NCBI GenBank assembly: GCA_028534125.1
Contig: CM052817.1
Span: forward strand, 62,560,001 to 62,624,000
From: Lama glama
Lineage: Eukaryota
Direction of reading: 5' to 3'
Length of the DNA stretch: 64,000 nt
This document shows, piece by piece, positions 11,244-24,065 of the stretch; the stretch's first letter is position 1, and the number at the start of each line of letters is the position of its first letter. The notes under the pieces were generated by a model that saw only the letters and a list, made by a program, of their open reading frames with translations, had not been told where the DNA came from and ran no database searches. Position numbers and translations under genes: made by a program.

Positions 11244-12355
11244 GAACAGTTTACAATGTTGTGTCAATTTCTGGGTTACAGCATAATGCTTCAGTCATAC
11301 ATGAACATTCATATATTCCTTTTCATATTCTTTTCACCATAAGTTACTACAAGATATTGAATATAGTTCCCTGTGCTATACAGCATAAACTTGTTGTTTA
11401 TCTATTTTATGTGTATTAGTTAGTATCTGCAAATCTGGAACTCCCAATTTATCCCTTCCCACCTCTTTCCCCTCTGATAACCATAAGTTTGTTTCCTATG
11501 TCTGAGTCTGTTTCTGTTTTGTAAATAAGTTCATTGTTTTTTTGTTTTTTAGATTCCACATATAAGTGATATCATGGGATTTTTCTTTCTCTTTCTAGCT
11601 TACTTCACTTAGAATGACAATCTCCAGGCCCATCCATGTTGCTGCAAATGGCATTATTTTATTCTTTTTTATGAATGAGTAGTATTCCATTGTATAAATA
11701 TACCACAGCTTCTTTATCCAGTCATCTATCGATGGACAGATTATTTCCATGTCTTTGCTATTGTAAATAGTGCCACTATGAACATTGGGGTGCATGTATC
11801 TTTTTGAATTAAGGTTCCCTCTGGATATAGGTGCACAAGTGGGATTGCTGGATCACATGGTTAGTCTATTTTTAGTCTTCTGAAGAATCTTCATACTGTT
11901 TTCCATAATGGTTGCACGAAGCTACATTCACACCAACAGTGTTAAGAGGGTTTCCTTTTCTCCACAGCCTCTCCAACATTGATCATTTGTGGATTTTTGG
12001 ATGATGTCCATTCTGACTTGTGTGAGGTGATACCTCATTATAGTTTTGATCTGCATTTCTCTGATAATTAGCAAAATTGAGCATTTTTTCATGTGTCTAT
12101 TGGCCATTTGTATGTCTTCATTGGAGAATTACTTGTTTAGGTCTTCTGCCCATTTTTGGATTGGGATTTTTTTTTTGTTATTAAGTTGTATGAGCTGTTT
12201 ATATATTCTGGAAATTAAGTCCTTGTCAGTCCCATCTTTTGCAAATATTTTCTCCCATTCCATAGGTTTTCTTTTTGTTTTGATTATGGTTTCCTTTGCT
12301 GTGCAAAAGTTTATAAGTTTAATTAGGTCCCATTTGTTTATTTTTGCTTTTATTT
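11233..12355 (-). mobile_element. Younger 5'-truncated L1 (cetartiodactyl/camelid type)
   Basis: Poly-T tail, antisense 3' UTR, ORF 11595-11795 = ORF2 C-terminus (WIKKLWYIYTMEYY..IMPFAATWMGLEIVILSEVS). Confidence 0.93.
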
Positions 12356-13579
12356 ATGTGAAAATTAGGGTTCTCTGTGTCTCCATGGGACTCCAACCTG
12401 AACAGTTAGGGTGATTTACTCTCCTAAGAAATACTCCTACAATTGAGTCTAAGGTGATTTTCTCACACCTCTAGCACATTAAAGCTATGTATGTATTTGT
12501 GCACCTGCCCATCAATCCATATCTAAAACCATATGCTTATGTATTATATATGTGCAATATATTAAATAACTGGATCCATCATGCCGCTTTCATTTTTGTC
12601 ATTGAAATAGTAGCATTGTAATATGCGTAATACCACAAGTGTTGCTATTTCCCCCCTAATCTAAATCAGAGGAAACAAATGATTATTATACCACTCAAAT
12701 ATTCTGAATTCTTGAAGAGCCATCATATACTGCATGCAGCTCTAGGTACCAGTCTTATTTATGTACATTTTTAATGCAATGATTTATTTTAAGTTATTTG
12801 TGACCACTAGATGAGAAGGAAACGTGTAACAAAATTGGATCCTGTCTAAAAAATCCAGTAATGATTTTTCAAAAAATATTATGCCATGACGCATTAGGCT
12901 TTTATGCAAAGTGAAATCACTGTGCCGGAACTATAGACATTTAATAAAAATAAAGGAAAACCTGTAAAAGGCAAATACCTTAGTACATAGTAATATCCTT
13001 TCACCTTTCCTTGCAATTTCTCCACTTGGCACAAAGAATCTTGATGCTTTTAAGTGTTTTTATGTAGCTGGCAGAATGGATTTTTCAATATATCTTTATT
13101 CCCAGAGGCTTTATGGGTTTTGCAAACCTACGGCAAACCACAATTTGTGTAAGTGTTATTTTCTTATATGAATCCCATTATTCCATAGAGATGGTCTTGC
13201 TGAGTGGACAGAGTATTACGTTTTCTTCTCTGTGGTATATTCAGAATCCAGTGTAGTCCTAAAGACTAAAAAGTTGAATAAATGAAGAACAGGATGAAAA
13301 TTAACAGAGCAGAGAAGCCCCAGCTGAGGGAGAAATAAATGGCTTCATAAACTTTGAATTGGTGCAGCATAAGAGGTCTCATCCAGGCCAAAAGACATCT
13401 GCTGAAGTTTTTTCTTCTATCTCAGGATTCTATATTCTGGTTTCAGAGAGTTCTTATGTTACCACTTGTGACACAGAATCCTGTAACTTATACATACCTG
13501 ACTTAAGTGATGATTTGTAGCAAATTTAGTAATGCCTCCCAACTTCCATTCATGCAGTAATTCAATGTGTATTTTTCAC

Positions 13580-13979
13580 TCTTACGAGTTTAATTCTTTC
13601 TCCTAAAAATTCATAGTTTGAAGTCCTAAATCTCAGTATCTCAGAATGTGACCTTATTTGGAGATAGGGTATTTAAACAGGTGATTTAGTAAAATGAGGT
13701 ATTAGACTGAGTTCTAATCAACTATGATTGGTGTCCTTATATACACTGGAAATTTGAAGACAGACATGCGCCTAGGGAGAATGCCGTGTGAACCTGAAGA
13801 TGAACATTTTCAAGCCGAAGAGAGAGGCCTGGAATGGATCCTTCCCACACAACCCTCAGGGAGAACCAGCTCTTTTAACACATTGATTTCTGAATGACAG
13901 CCCCCAGAACTGCAACAATAAATGTCTGTAGTTTAAGCCGCTGAGCACTTTGCTAAGGCGGTCCTGGCAAACTAACACA
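13580..13979 (+). mobile_element. MaLR solo LTR (MLT1B-like)
   Basis: TCAGAATGTGACCTTATTTGGAGATAGGGT..CCAGAACTG..AATAAATGTCTGTAGTTTAAGCC..GCAAACTAACACA. Confidence 0.88.
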
Positions 13980-14640
13980 GACAATGCATAACAGATGATA
14001 TTCTAGGTGTGAAGAGATTGAAAAAAAAAAAATTAAAGCTCTAAAGGAGGTTTCCAGAGAAGAGGAGATGAGAGATAAGCACACAAATAAATGCTGTCAT
14101 TGTGGCATTTGCTGCTCAGAGGGATGCCCAGGGTGTTGTGGGTACACAGAAGATGAGGAGACTTCACCTCAAATAGGATAACCAGGGAAGTCAGAACCTC
14201 AGAGCTCATTCGGAAAAATCAAAGAGGACTGATGAAGATAGAAGACAAAGAACAGTTACAAGGTGAATTGCATGTGCACAAGCAAGGTGATATAGAATAC
14301 TGTGCTTCCTTCTGGAAGTTCCAAACAGGCTATCTGACTCAGGTTCGGCTGTCACTATTGCTGGTATTGGTGAAAGCATCTCTGAAAAGATAAGGAGAGA
14401 CCAAGGCAGAAACAAGTTTAAAAAAAGAAAAGATTTGGTACGTTGTGCTGAAGGCTTCAAATGAAGGATGTGAAAGTAAGGAAGCACAAGACATTTTAAA
14501 GTGAGGAAAATTTATTTTGTGATAATGTGGACCTTGGATTAGATATCGTATATAGTATAGAGTTAAACTGGGCAAAAGTTGACCAATTTGGTTGCTATGG
14601 CTATAATTAAATGATGAAGACATCAACAAATCAGTTATCG
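13980..14640 (-). mobile_element. Degenerate L2 (interrupted by the MLT1 LTR; tail near 13545)
   Basis: Antisense L2 text ..GGGTGTTGTGGGTACACAGAAG.. Confidence 0.6.
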
Positions 14641-15414
14641 TGAGTAAGAAAAAAGAGTCTGTAGTTCCACAAATGAGGAAATTAGTTACAACAGTTAGTT
14701 TTTCAGGTTTATGTATTTAATCAATGGCAGAACTGAAATACCAAGTCATGTCTGATTTCAGAGCTTACTCTTAGACCGCTCTGCTATACTGCTTCTGAAA
14801 ATGTCTGATGCAGGCCATGATGGACCATGAAACATCAGAGAAGCAGAACTTAGCTGTGTTGGGGCAAGAACAGTGTGGGTCTATACGTCTGGAGAGGTTT
14901 CCATTATGGGCTGTGGGCAGTATGAGTGGAATGGGGAACATAGACTGATTAACCAGCCGCAGGACTGAGAATGAGCTTACCTGGTAAAGAGAAAGGAGGT
15001 CCTTGAAGAGAAGGCAAGAGCCAGCATGGTGAAGGGCCATCACTTGGAATCTGTGTATAAGGAGCCCTTTGGCTATTTTGAAGGTGGTACTACCTAACCG
15101 TGCAACATGCATGAAGTGTTACTCCATGTTCCTATGGACTTGAGGCAAGTTTGTGATGAGAAAGAAATTTAGAAAAAGATAAGCAAAGTAGAGCTTCGTT
15201 TTCTACACACTTTTGTCAATTAGATCTTTAGTTATTACTAAACCGGAGTGCTATTTACTTACGAGATCACTGCTAACTTTCAGATTCTGAATAGTAGCTT
15301 TCTCAGAGCAGGTGTTTTTGCAAGATGTATGTAGCAATTTATCCGATGAAAAATCAGAATCTCTGGAGTTAGGGTTGGGCCTTGTACCTCTTAAAACAAA
15401 CTTCAACAATCAGA

Positions 15415-15680
15415 TATATTAGTTATTCTGAAGTAACATGCAACCTACAAATCTCAGAGCCGTAAATGAATACTGATTTATTTCTCTGGAGACTCCTGTT
15501 CCAGCCCCTAAATGCATTATGCATGAAGTGACCCACATCTTTTCCACTTCCGTGTCATTGGCCAAAGAAATTCATGTGGCCACAACTAACTTCAAGAAAG
15601 AGGGAAAGGACATTTTTCCCATGCACCCAGAAAAAGAAGAATAGAAATATCTGTGAGCAGCAGTAAGGTCTTCTGCAGAA
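15415..15680 (-). mobile_element. Old MaLR LTR fragment (MLT1I/J/K-like)
   Basis: CATTGGCCAAAGAAATTCATGTGGCCACAACTAACTTCAAG motif. Confidence 0.65.
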
Positions 15681-15689
15681 ACAACCTAA

Positions 15690-16070
15690 GTATTTCAGTG
15701 ACATAAACAGAAACAGAAACTACTTGGGTTGATGAGTTGGCAGCACTGGTGTATGTTTGTGCATCTCTGTGGGTCTGTGTGTTAGCAAGTGAACTGTTCC
15801 ACACAATCATTTGGAGACCCAGGCCTCTTGCATTTTTTGGCTCCATCCTACTCCAGTCTTTATCCAAGTGTTGGATTGGGAGAAAGAATGAAGACCACAC
15901 ATAGAAAGATTCTGTGGCCTAGGGCTGGAAGTAGTGACATCTTTTCTGTTTATATTCTATTAGCCCAAATGCAGTCACCCAGCCACACCTCACAGCAAGG
16001 GGAGCTGGGAAACTTCCCTAAATGTGTCCCAGGAAGAAAAACTCAACAGGTTTTTGGTAATTATTTGCAG
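15690..16070 (-). mobile_element. Old MaLR LTR fragment (MLT1K-like)
   Basis: GCTGGAAGTAGTGACATC..AGTCACCCAGCCACACCTCACAGCAAGGGGAGCTGGGAAA. Confidence 0.65.
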
Positions 16071-17324
16071 ACTGGATCGACTCCAAGTCTCTAAGCAAAA
16101 TGCCTAGTTGCCACGTCCTTCTGACTTCATAGAAAGCAGGTCCTTTCATAGGGACAAGAGAGGCCATTGGCCATTTACACTAGAAAAATTGACAAAACCT
16201 CTTAACACCCTGTGTTTAAGAAGTCAAAATGAATTAGCAAAAGGTGAATTATCAGCATATTGATTTTAATTCCTTTTTTTCTCTCTATACTACCAACCTT
16301 CCTGAAAACCTGAGTATGTGGGGAAAAAAACCCTTTCTCTTATTTATTGAAATAATTCTGTTTTTATTTCAAGCAAAATCTGTTGTCTGCTACAATAGAC
16401 CTTTGACTCAGGAAGAGAATATTAATTTAAGGGATAAATTAATACATGTTGCCTTTATGCAAATGTTTAGAAACCGGATGAATGGGAAGACCATTTTGTT
16501 AGTTTTCCAGACTGTTGTAATCTTAGCAAAGCAGGAATGAAGATCTGTTCATTTCTATTGAATGAGCAAGAGAATATGAGAACATTGTATATAATAAATT
16601 TTATTTGAGTAATTCCATATGGTAAATTTTTTCTGGTCTCAAAGGCAGTGTGAAGACCATCTTCCTGTAGAAAATGTGATAAGAAAATGAACATTCTCTA
16701 GTGTTTGCTATCTTTTGATTACAACAGACTTTGCCTCAGAATGGACAGGGCTTCGATTTTCACTGAGTATACTAAAATATATATTGAGGTTACTGTTAAG
16801 AATTCAGGAATGCGTGTAAGGAAATGTAAGAGTATTTCTCTGTGAATTGGTCTGCACCTTGGGTCCATATTAATTTTAGATATTGCACATAACTCTATTC
16901 AGGGAAACTCACCTTATGCATATCTGCTTTAGGCTACAATGACTACGGGAAAGAGTTCATTTTATAATTTTAGTAACATAGCTCCAGACGACCATAATTA
17001 GAAACAGTAGCAATGATGTTTTGGTTGTATAATTAGGTGAAATAAAATTCTACTTAGAAATTATATTAAGATTTTGTCTGAGGTATTCAAAGTGTTTGCT
17101 AATATTAAGCATTTGTGTGATAGTCATTCTGCAGGGTACACAGGGACAGATTCTCTCATTCATCTGGACATTATTTTCATTTGATATCCTTGCAAACTGA
17201 TTTTAGGAGTAGATGGATATTCTACTAAGTGGCTATACTATAGCATATCACTAATTGTATATTAAAATATCAAAATAGCCTACCACAAATTGTATATTAA
17301 AATGTCATTAAAGCAAATGCTTGC

Positions 17325-17505
17325 AAATAACAGGTTTTGAGACCCTACACTTAGGTAGGCACTGTACCAAAAACTAGGCACAAGTAACCCTAAGGATTAA
17401 GTACTATTTAGTTCAACTTTAAATCTGAGAGACATGAGGAGCTACAGATGTAACTGCCAAACAGTATTAACTGGAGCAAGGATTTGATCCCAAGTATCAC
17501 TGACC
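17325..17505 (-). mobile_element. MIR SINE
   Basis: AGGCACTGTAC..GGAGCAAGGATTTGATCCCAAG. Confidence 0.6.
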
Positions 17506-17709
17506 CCCCCACCCCGCCCCGTTCCTTCCTCAATCCACCACATTAAAAAAAATTACTATTTAAAATATGAAAGGCAGTATAGGAAGTTGAAACTGAACAA
17601 ATAGTGGTTTTATGTATTCAGTGTTGGGAATTAGACCCTTTAAAGACAATGACCCAGCAGTCTAAAGTACCTTTTGGGATCATTAATTATTTGATAACAC
17701 TGTCACAGT

Positions 17710-18010
17710 TTCCCATGGCATGCCTTTGCTGATGTATTTTCTTATCTGGAAAGCCTTTCCCCGTTTCTCTGCCTGATAAAACCCACAGTTTTCTTTTCCG
17801 TTTCTTTACTTTTTCTTTAAATCCTTTGAATAATTCATTGGTCCTACTGCATGCTCTTTGCAGTTTATATCTGTTAGAAAATTGTCAAATTATTGTTTGT
17901 TATTAAAATGCTTATATTCCCAACTGGATTTTAAGTTCCTTGAGGAACTCCTCAGTGCCCTTCACAATTGTTGCTCATAGTTGGTGGGTTAATAAAAGAA
18001 TAATGAGTAT
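17710..18010 (+). mobile_element. L2 3' fragment
   Basis: CCCCAACTGGATTTTAAGTTCCTTGAGG..CAGTGCC..CATAGTTGGTG..AATAAA. Confidence 0.6.
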
Positions 18011-18509
18011 CTCTCCTTTATATGGATTAACGGGATAGCATGTTATAGTGGAAAGAACACTATGATTGTGCAGATCACTTAATTGAACCTCTATTTTCTC
18101 TTCTATAAATTGAGGATATTGGGCTAGGTTACTTCCATTGTTATTTCTACATTTACTGTTGTCTGATGGATCCAAGTGCTTTGTTTTCCCAGATCATAGA
18201 AAGCATATGTAGAAATCAACTGAGAGATATGATGTTTTGTCATTTTTTCTGTTTCTACTGTGTCAAGCAATATTAGAATTCACACTTTCTCCATTATGAT
18301 AAAAAGAAAATGCCAGATAGAGCACAGGAAAGAATGAGGAATTTTCTAAATATAATTCTGACTTCCTTTTGGTGGGATCATTGAGACTCCACCAGTAGGA
18401 AATAAACCTTCTATTATAAATATATAGGTATACAGTTAATACTGCTTATCAAAGGCTCATTTTAAGACAGGAAAATTATTCTCTATATGGATATATATGT
18501 TAACCTTTA

Positions 18510-18700
18510 AAAATAAGCTGGATTAGAAACTGTAACTGTGGTCAGAATCTTACGAGCTCCATCTTTGCCATGCTCTTGCTCTATGAGCTTGGACAAATCA
18601 TTTAAAACTAGGAGTCTGTCTCCTACTAGGTAGGCAAAGTCAGTCAAAGCCAAGTCTTCTATAAGTTTACTTCCAGCTCTAAAGTCCTTTGGTTTTAAAA
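18510..18700 (+). mobile_element. MIR3/MIRc-like SINE
   Basis: TATGAGCTTGGACAAATCATTTAA..TTCCAGCTCTAAA. Confidence 0.55.
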
Positions 18701-19034
18701 TTACATTATTAGATAAAAATGTTATGTGACTCCAATTTATCATTTCAGGGATTTCCTCTAAGATCATATTATTAATGTTTGCTTAAAAATAAACAAAGTA
18801 AAAATCTTATTTCCATTCATTTTGTCAATAAAAAATACAGATAAATTGCAGATGACACATACAGCAGAAAATAGAGTTTCACCTAAATGACCCAAAGTAA
18901 ATAAACCATAATTACTTGCCATGTACTCATCTAAAATACTTGATTTCAAGAGCTCCAGGGCAAGAAGTGAAGGGTGTAATAAAGTACTTCTTGTTTGGCC
19001 AGAGTAATGTATTAAATACATTAAAATAATTATT

Positions 19035-19047
19035 CCCCCCCCCCCCC
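19035..19047. repeat. Poly-C run (13 nt)
   Basis: Directly visible. Confidence 0.95.
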
Positions 19048-22000
19048 GACAAGAACAAACCTCACACAATTTCTGGCTTTCAAGGTCCTTTCCTTATTCT
19101 ATGATGGCAAATCTTCAATGCTCTCAAAGAAAGACCATAAATTTGCAAGCATAAATACGATAATGCTTCCACAAATATGCACGCAAGCCTATTAGATAAG
19201 AGATTTGTCCTTGGTGCCTTTTAGCAAAAGGCCAATTTGACCCAGAATGTGTTACCAAGGAAGTTCCAGCTGTTGATTCTCAGTTGAACAAGCCTGATGC
19301 ACAAACTTTCTGTACAGTGCAAAGTATACCAAGGAAGGAACACAAAGGAGACTTTGTGGTTTTTATTATCCAGCCAATATATTGTTTAGAGTTGGGGGCG
19401 ATAGACACATGATAACATAATTACCTCCTTAAATGAACACAAATAAAGTTAAGAAGTTTAGACAGTGAGGAATAGGGAACCAAAAAAATATTTTTTTCTT
19501 CACCAGGTTAATACCAACTTGCTAAAGTGACTATTATAAGAGGTATTTATAGCGCAATATAAACCATATCAGTGACTTAAGTTTTAAATTCAAAAGCTTT
19601 GGTTAATGTTTGCATTTAAAGCAGAGCTCAGCGCCTAAAAGCTGGTCAATAAACATTTTAGTACTGCTCTTTTCCAGTGATCTGAATTCAATAATGTTAC
19701 CTTTCCAGAAGCTGCAAAATGGAAAGTGAAAGAATGATTTATGAAGCCTGGCTATGCATGGCCAGCTAAGAAGGCTTTAACTGATGCTTTCAGGATTCTC
19801 TTTAATGAAGTACAAGTTGCCAAGATAAGTTTAGGTAAATGAAGCCTCTGTCACATTATGTTATAGTGAAAGAAATGACAGACATAGCCCAGCAGATGGA
19901 GGTTAATGCAGAATGGTGGTGTCAAATAATGTAGTCTAGGTAACTGCACAAAGATGGAGCAGATGCATTAGTGTTATTACTATAAACAAGTTCATAATAC
20001 CACAACACATTCATGGAATCCGTTCAAATTAAGCATAGCAGCTTTCTTTGTTAAAGTTGTCACTTAGACTGCATGCAGATCACATTTCTGAGCCATCGAT
20101 TCCTTTCAAGTAAAAGCTCTCATATTCAGTACCAACTCCTATTTAGATGGTACTATTAACCTTAAAACCCCTGGTGTTTTGCCTTTTCAATAATTTCTTA
20201 AAGCAATGACTGAATACGCTGTTGAAAATGTTAATTTTAGGGCTATGATTTAAATGAATGAATTAGCACCCCTTCGTATCTCCGGTTTTCTCAGTCTGAA
20301 TGCAAACTGGAATCCTGAATACAATGGATTAGGAGAATTCAGCTGTGTCCTTTAAGCAAACAATAGGGACTGAGTCTGGAAATTTAAGATGTATTTGTGA
20401 TTTTAATTCTGGAGGGTTTGGGGGTTGACTTTACTTGAAAGAATTAATTGCCATCTTGAAATTCCTCTGGGCAAGACTGGGTGGCCCACTGCTACACCTA
20501 GAAACAATCAAGGTTGGAAGGAGGGAGTCAATTGTTCTGTGACATTTGACATTGAAGTTGCCTAACAGATAAATACTGCATTTCCCTTAGTCATTAAACT
20601 CCCACAGTTCTAGATTTCTTTCTATGTACAATTAACTAAAAGAAACCCACACTGACAAATAAAAAAAGAGGTATAAAAAGTGTATATATGCACATACATA
20701 CACACATGTATACATTGACAAAGATTTTAAAAGTACAAATATACATGTATGTGTGTGTGTGTCTGTGTACACATATAGATGCTTAAGTGAAAAAAAGTAA
20801 CAATTAAAAACCAAGCATATTGGGCAACCACCATAAGAAAACATCCAAATGTCCAATTCTGACATTGAAGAGAGACATACTCTCAGGACTTACTTCTACT
20901 GCAAACTGATATGCAATCCAAAATATATGCACCACTCTTCTTGTGACGATTTGAGAGCAAACTCCTAAAGAGAAGATGGTAGACTTTGGTGACAGCCATG
21001 CAGCTATATTTTTGAAATTGCACATGGTACATGATGGTGGACTGAACAGTGTTAATTGTTCTGTTTTAAAACTTTATTTCTTTACATTTTATTAATATCT
21101 GACCTTTAAGTGTAGTTTTCTGTACTACTGTGGCTTATTCTTATATATTCATATTTTTCCTTTTTTTCTTTCTTTGTCTAGAACCTGGGCACTGGAACCT
21201 TCAAACCTTTTTAATATGGGTGGTGGTAGAAGATAGTGAGGAATCTTATAAATGATAATTGAGATCTGGGCTTATCTACAAACGCCAACATGATAGAGCA
21301 AAAATATACCATTTGTGAATCAGGCATTGCTTGTAGCTGATAGATGCCACATGAAAGGCCATCTGGACAAGGATAAGCAAAGTAGTTCAGAATATTTCAT
21401 TTGCAAAATAAAATATTAGGGGGAAAGTATAATAGCCAAGCTCTAAAACAGAACAGTTGGCACATACAACCATCTTGCTACCCTCTCTCATGTCCCATAT
21501 TTAGAAGCCCTTGACCCAATTAAATATTAGTTTATTAATTGCAGGTATCAAGCATCTTCTACAATAAAGTTTTTCCACTAAATCATTTAAAAACCAAAAT
21601 ACAGATTCCCAAAGGATAAAGAAAAAAATCTTCCAGCAGGATGTGTTCAGGGATGCAGCCCCATTCATTCCAGACCCTGACATCACTTCTTAGAGGTCTC
21701 CAGGTCCCACCTACCTACCAACTTTCCCCTTTAATAACATTTTACAAACAGCCCATAATAAACATTATATTTCATAGTCTCCCCTCACATACTTTCACCC
21801 CAGTGTCTCAGATACACTTTCTGTGGGGCTCTGGCCAGTCCCCTTTTGTAGGATCACCCAATATCTCCTCTGCCATAAGCATATAGTTGTTCAGAGGATT
21901 TCAACTAAGACACACTGAACTTCTCAATAACGATCAGGTTGGAAAATATACCTTATATTTCTATGTCTAGTATGGTTCCCTTATTACATTACTCACTTCC

Positions 22001-22169
22001 CCTAAGACTCACCAAACCTATCAGTTACCCCTCTCAATTATCTTGAGTCCAGTTGCTATGAGCCTTCAGGTCTCCACGTTCCCTGTTGGACATCAGTCCC
22101 TGACCCTTCAAAGGTTTCCACTGTGCCCAGTGACTCATTGCAGCTTCCTTTGCTTCAATTTTACTGGCC

Positions 22170-22505
22170 TTTTTCATTCCCCTGACCTCACCAGGCTTTT
22201 CCATGCTACAGCATTTCAACTATGCTCTTACTTTTGATGGAATGAGTCACATTGTCTTCATCTAGTTAACTCCTGCTTATCTTTCTAGTCTCAGTTTAAA
22301 TTCTGACAGTCCAGACAAATTTAAGCCCTTCTTCATAGCAATGATAACAAGAACACTTAGTTATTCAATTTTCTTAAACGTCTGTTTTCTCCACAAAACT
22401 TAAGCTTCATGATGTCAGGAGAAAATGTTTGCCATACTCACTACTGCTTTTCCAAGCCTATAAACTCATTGAGTCTTTAAGACCATTTGGTGGGTGAATG
22501 AATGA
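22170..22505 (+). mobile_element. L2 3' end
   Basis: TAAGCTTCATGATGTCAGGA..GTGAATGAATGA tail. Confidence 0.7.
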
Positions 22506-22539
22506 CGGTGGGTGATGTATAGATGAATGAGTGAAATGC

Positions 22540-22885
22540 ACTTGATATATATTACCAAATCACTTTCTAAACTTTTTAAAACTCTATTTATACTTTCCTT
22601 AAGATTTGAAAATACCCATTACTCTGTACCCTGAATTACCTTGAGTGTTAGCATTTTATAAAATGTTTGACTAAGTAAAAAAAATGTAATTTCTCTTTAT
22701 TTCTGTGATCAGTAATGATGCCAGCAATTTTTTATGCTTTTTATTGATTTATTTATCTGTTATATCCTTACTATGTTTGAAATTTTAATTATTTTAGTCA
22801 TTGATTTATTTGATCCCTATTTGTTAAATATGTTAGTTATTCATTATCAATTTCTTACAAAATGTTTTTCCAGTTTGTCATTTTC
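22540..22885 (-). mobile_element. Old L1M fragment
   Basis: Antisense ORF2-end text (ATTACCAAATCACTTTCTAAA..TTTTTATGCTTTTTATTG). Confidence 0.55.
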
Positions 22886-22896
22886 ATTTCACTCTC

Positions 22897-23225
22897 ATTT
22901 AAATAGACTTCACTTTTTTTAAGACTAATCTTAGGTTTACAGAAAAAGTGAGCAGAAAGTTCAGAGAATTCATTGACACCCACTGACACCCCAACCCTCA
23001 GTTCCCGTTATTAATATCTTGCCTTAGTGGGTACATTTGTTACAATTGATGAACCAATATCAAAATAGTATTACTAATTAAAGCTCAGAGTTTACATTAC
23101 AATTCTGTGAGTTTTATTAACTGCATAATGCCATGTATCCACTATTATAGTATCATTTAGAATAGTTTCACTGCCCTTAAAATTCCCTGTGCTCCACTTA
23201 GTCGTCCCTTCTCTGCTCCTCTCCC
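22897..23225 (-). mobile_element. L1MC/MD-like 3' UTR
   Basis: TAGGTTTACAGAAAAAGTGAGCAGAAAG..GGTACATTTGTTACAATTGATGAACCAATA. Confidence 0.85.
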
Positions 23226-23874
23226 CTCCTATTCCACAGCTCAGCTGATAGCATGGAGGACTGGAGAATGGACATCTGCCATTTTAAGTTTTATCTTGTT
23301 TATACTTTTAGTTGGATTATGGACATTTTAATATTTCATGTGCTGAAATCTATCATGTGAGAAATTGCTCCCACATACCCAGTCATTAAATGTAGTAAGA
23401 CATTGAAACAGAATAAATTTTTGTATCCTATTTACTATATTCAAATAAGTACTGAATTCAAATATAAGCAGCCTGGGAGCAGGAACTGGCCATAATATAC
23501 AAAATATGCCCAAGCAGGAACTATATTATTGTACACACCAAGGATCCTAGGATTGTGACCAAATGTATTTATTATGTCAAACACAATAAAGAGAACGCTT
23601 CAGACAAGTAAACAAAGCTCATTAATAACTTCCTGGAGAGCTTCATTTCTCCCTTTGAGAACCAAGAAGGACTAAATACCTCAAACAATTCTTTACCTTA
23701 CTCTTCTGAGCCCAAACAGCTGCATTCAGTCCTAAAGAACTGCTCCTCATAGTAGTCATACTGCATGTAGAGAGACTGAGGTTTCAGGCTTCTGAGTATC
23801 TTCTAATGGGAGTGGTTAAGATGCAGGCTGGTCTTCATGTGTGCTAACTTGCGTTTTCTGATCCCTCTCCATGA

Positions 23875-24065
23875 CTCTGGAGCCTTTTCTTTGGAATGCC
23901 CAAGACCCCTCCCACTAGACAACTCCATTGAGTTCACCCTCCCACCCGGTTCTGTAATCATTTCACATGTGTGCCGGTCTTCATTGTTAGAATAACAGCT
24001 TCTTGAAGACTGAGGTTATGGCTAATTCAAACTTGCTTCTTCTGTGTTCCTAGCACTGAGTTTGA
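23875..24065 (+). mobile_element. L2 fragment
   Basis: TTGGAATGCCC..AGCTTCTTGAAGAC..CCTAGCAC. Confidence 0.45.

Noticed and set aside
9100..12414. ORFs 9100-9324, 9290-9559, 9677-9952, 9926-10129, 11595-11795 and 12046-12414 as genes
   Set aside because: They are sense or antisense readings of truncated, frameshifted L1 ORF2 ends
17504..17522. C-rich run or GC box as promoter or G-quadruplex
   Set aside because: Only three C-tracts, isolated at a MIR edge, with no CpG island
20680..20780. TACA/TG-rich stretch with mirror-like symmetry
   Set aside because: Ordinary degenerate purine-pyrimidine low-complexity sequence
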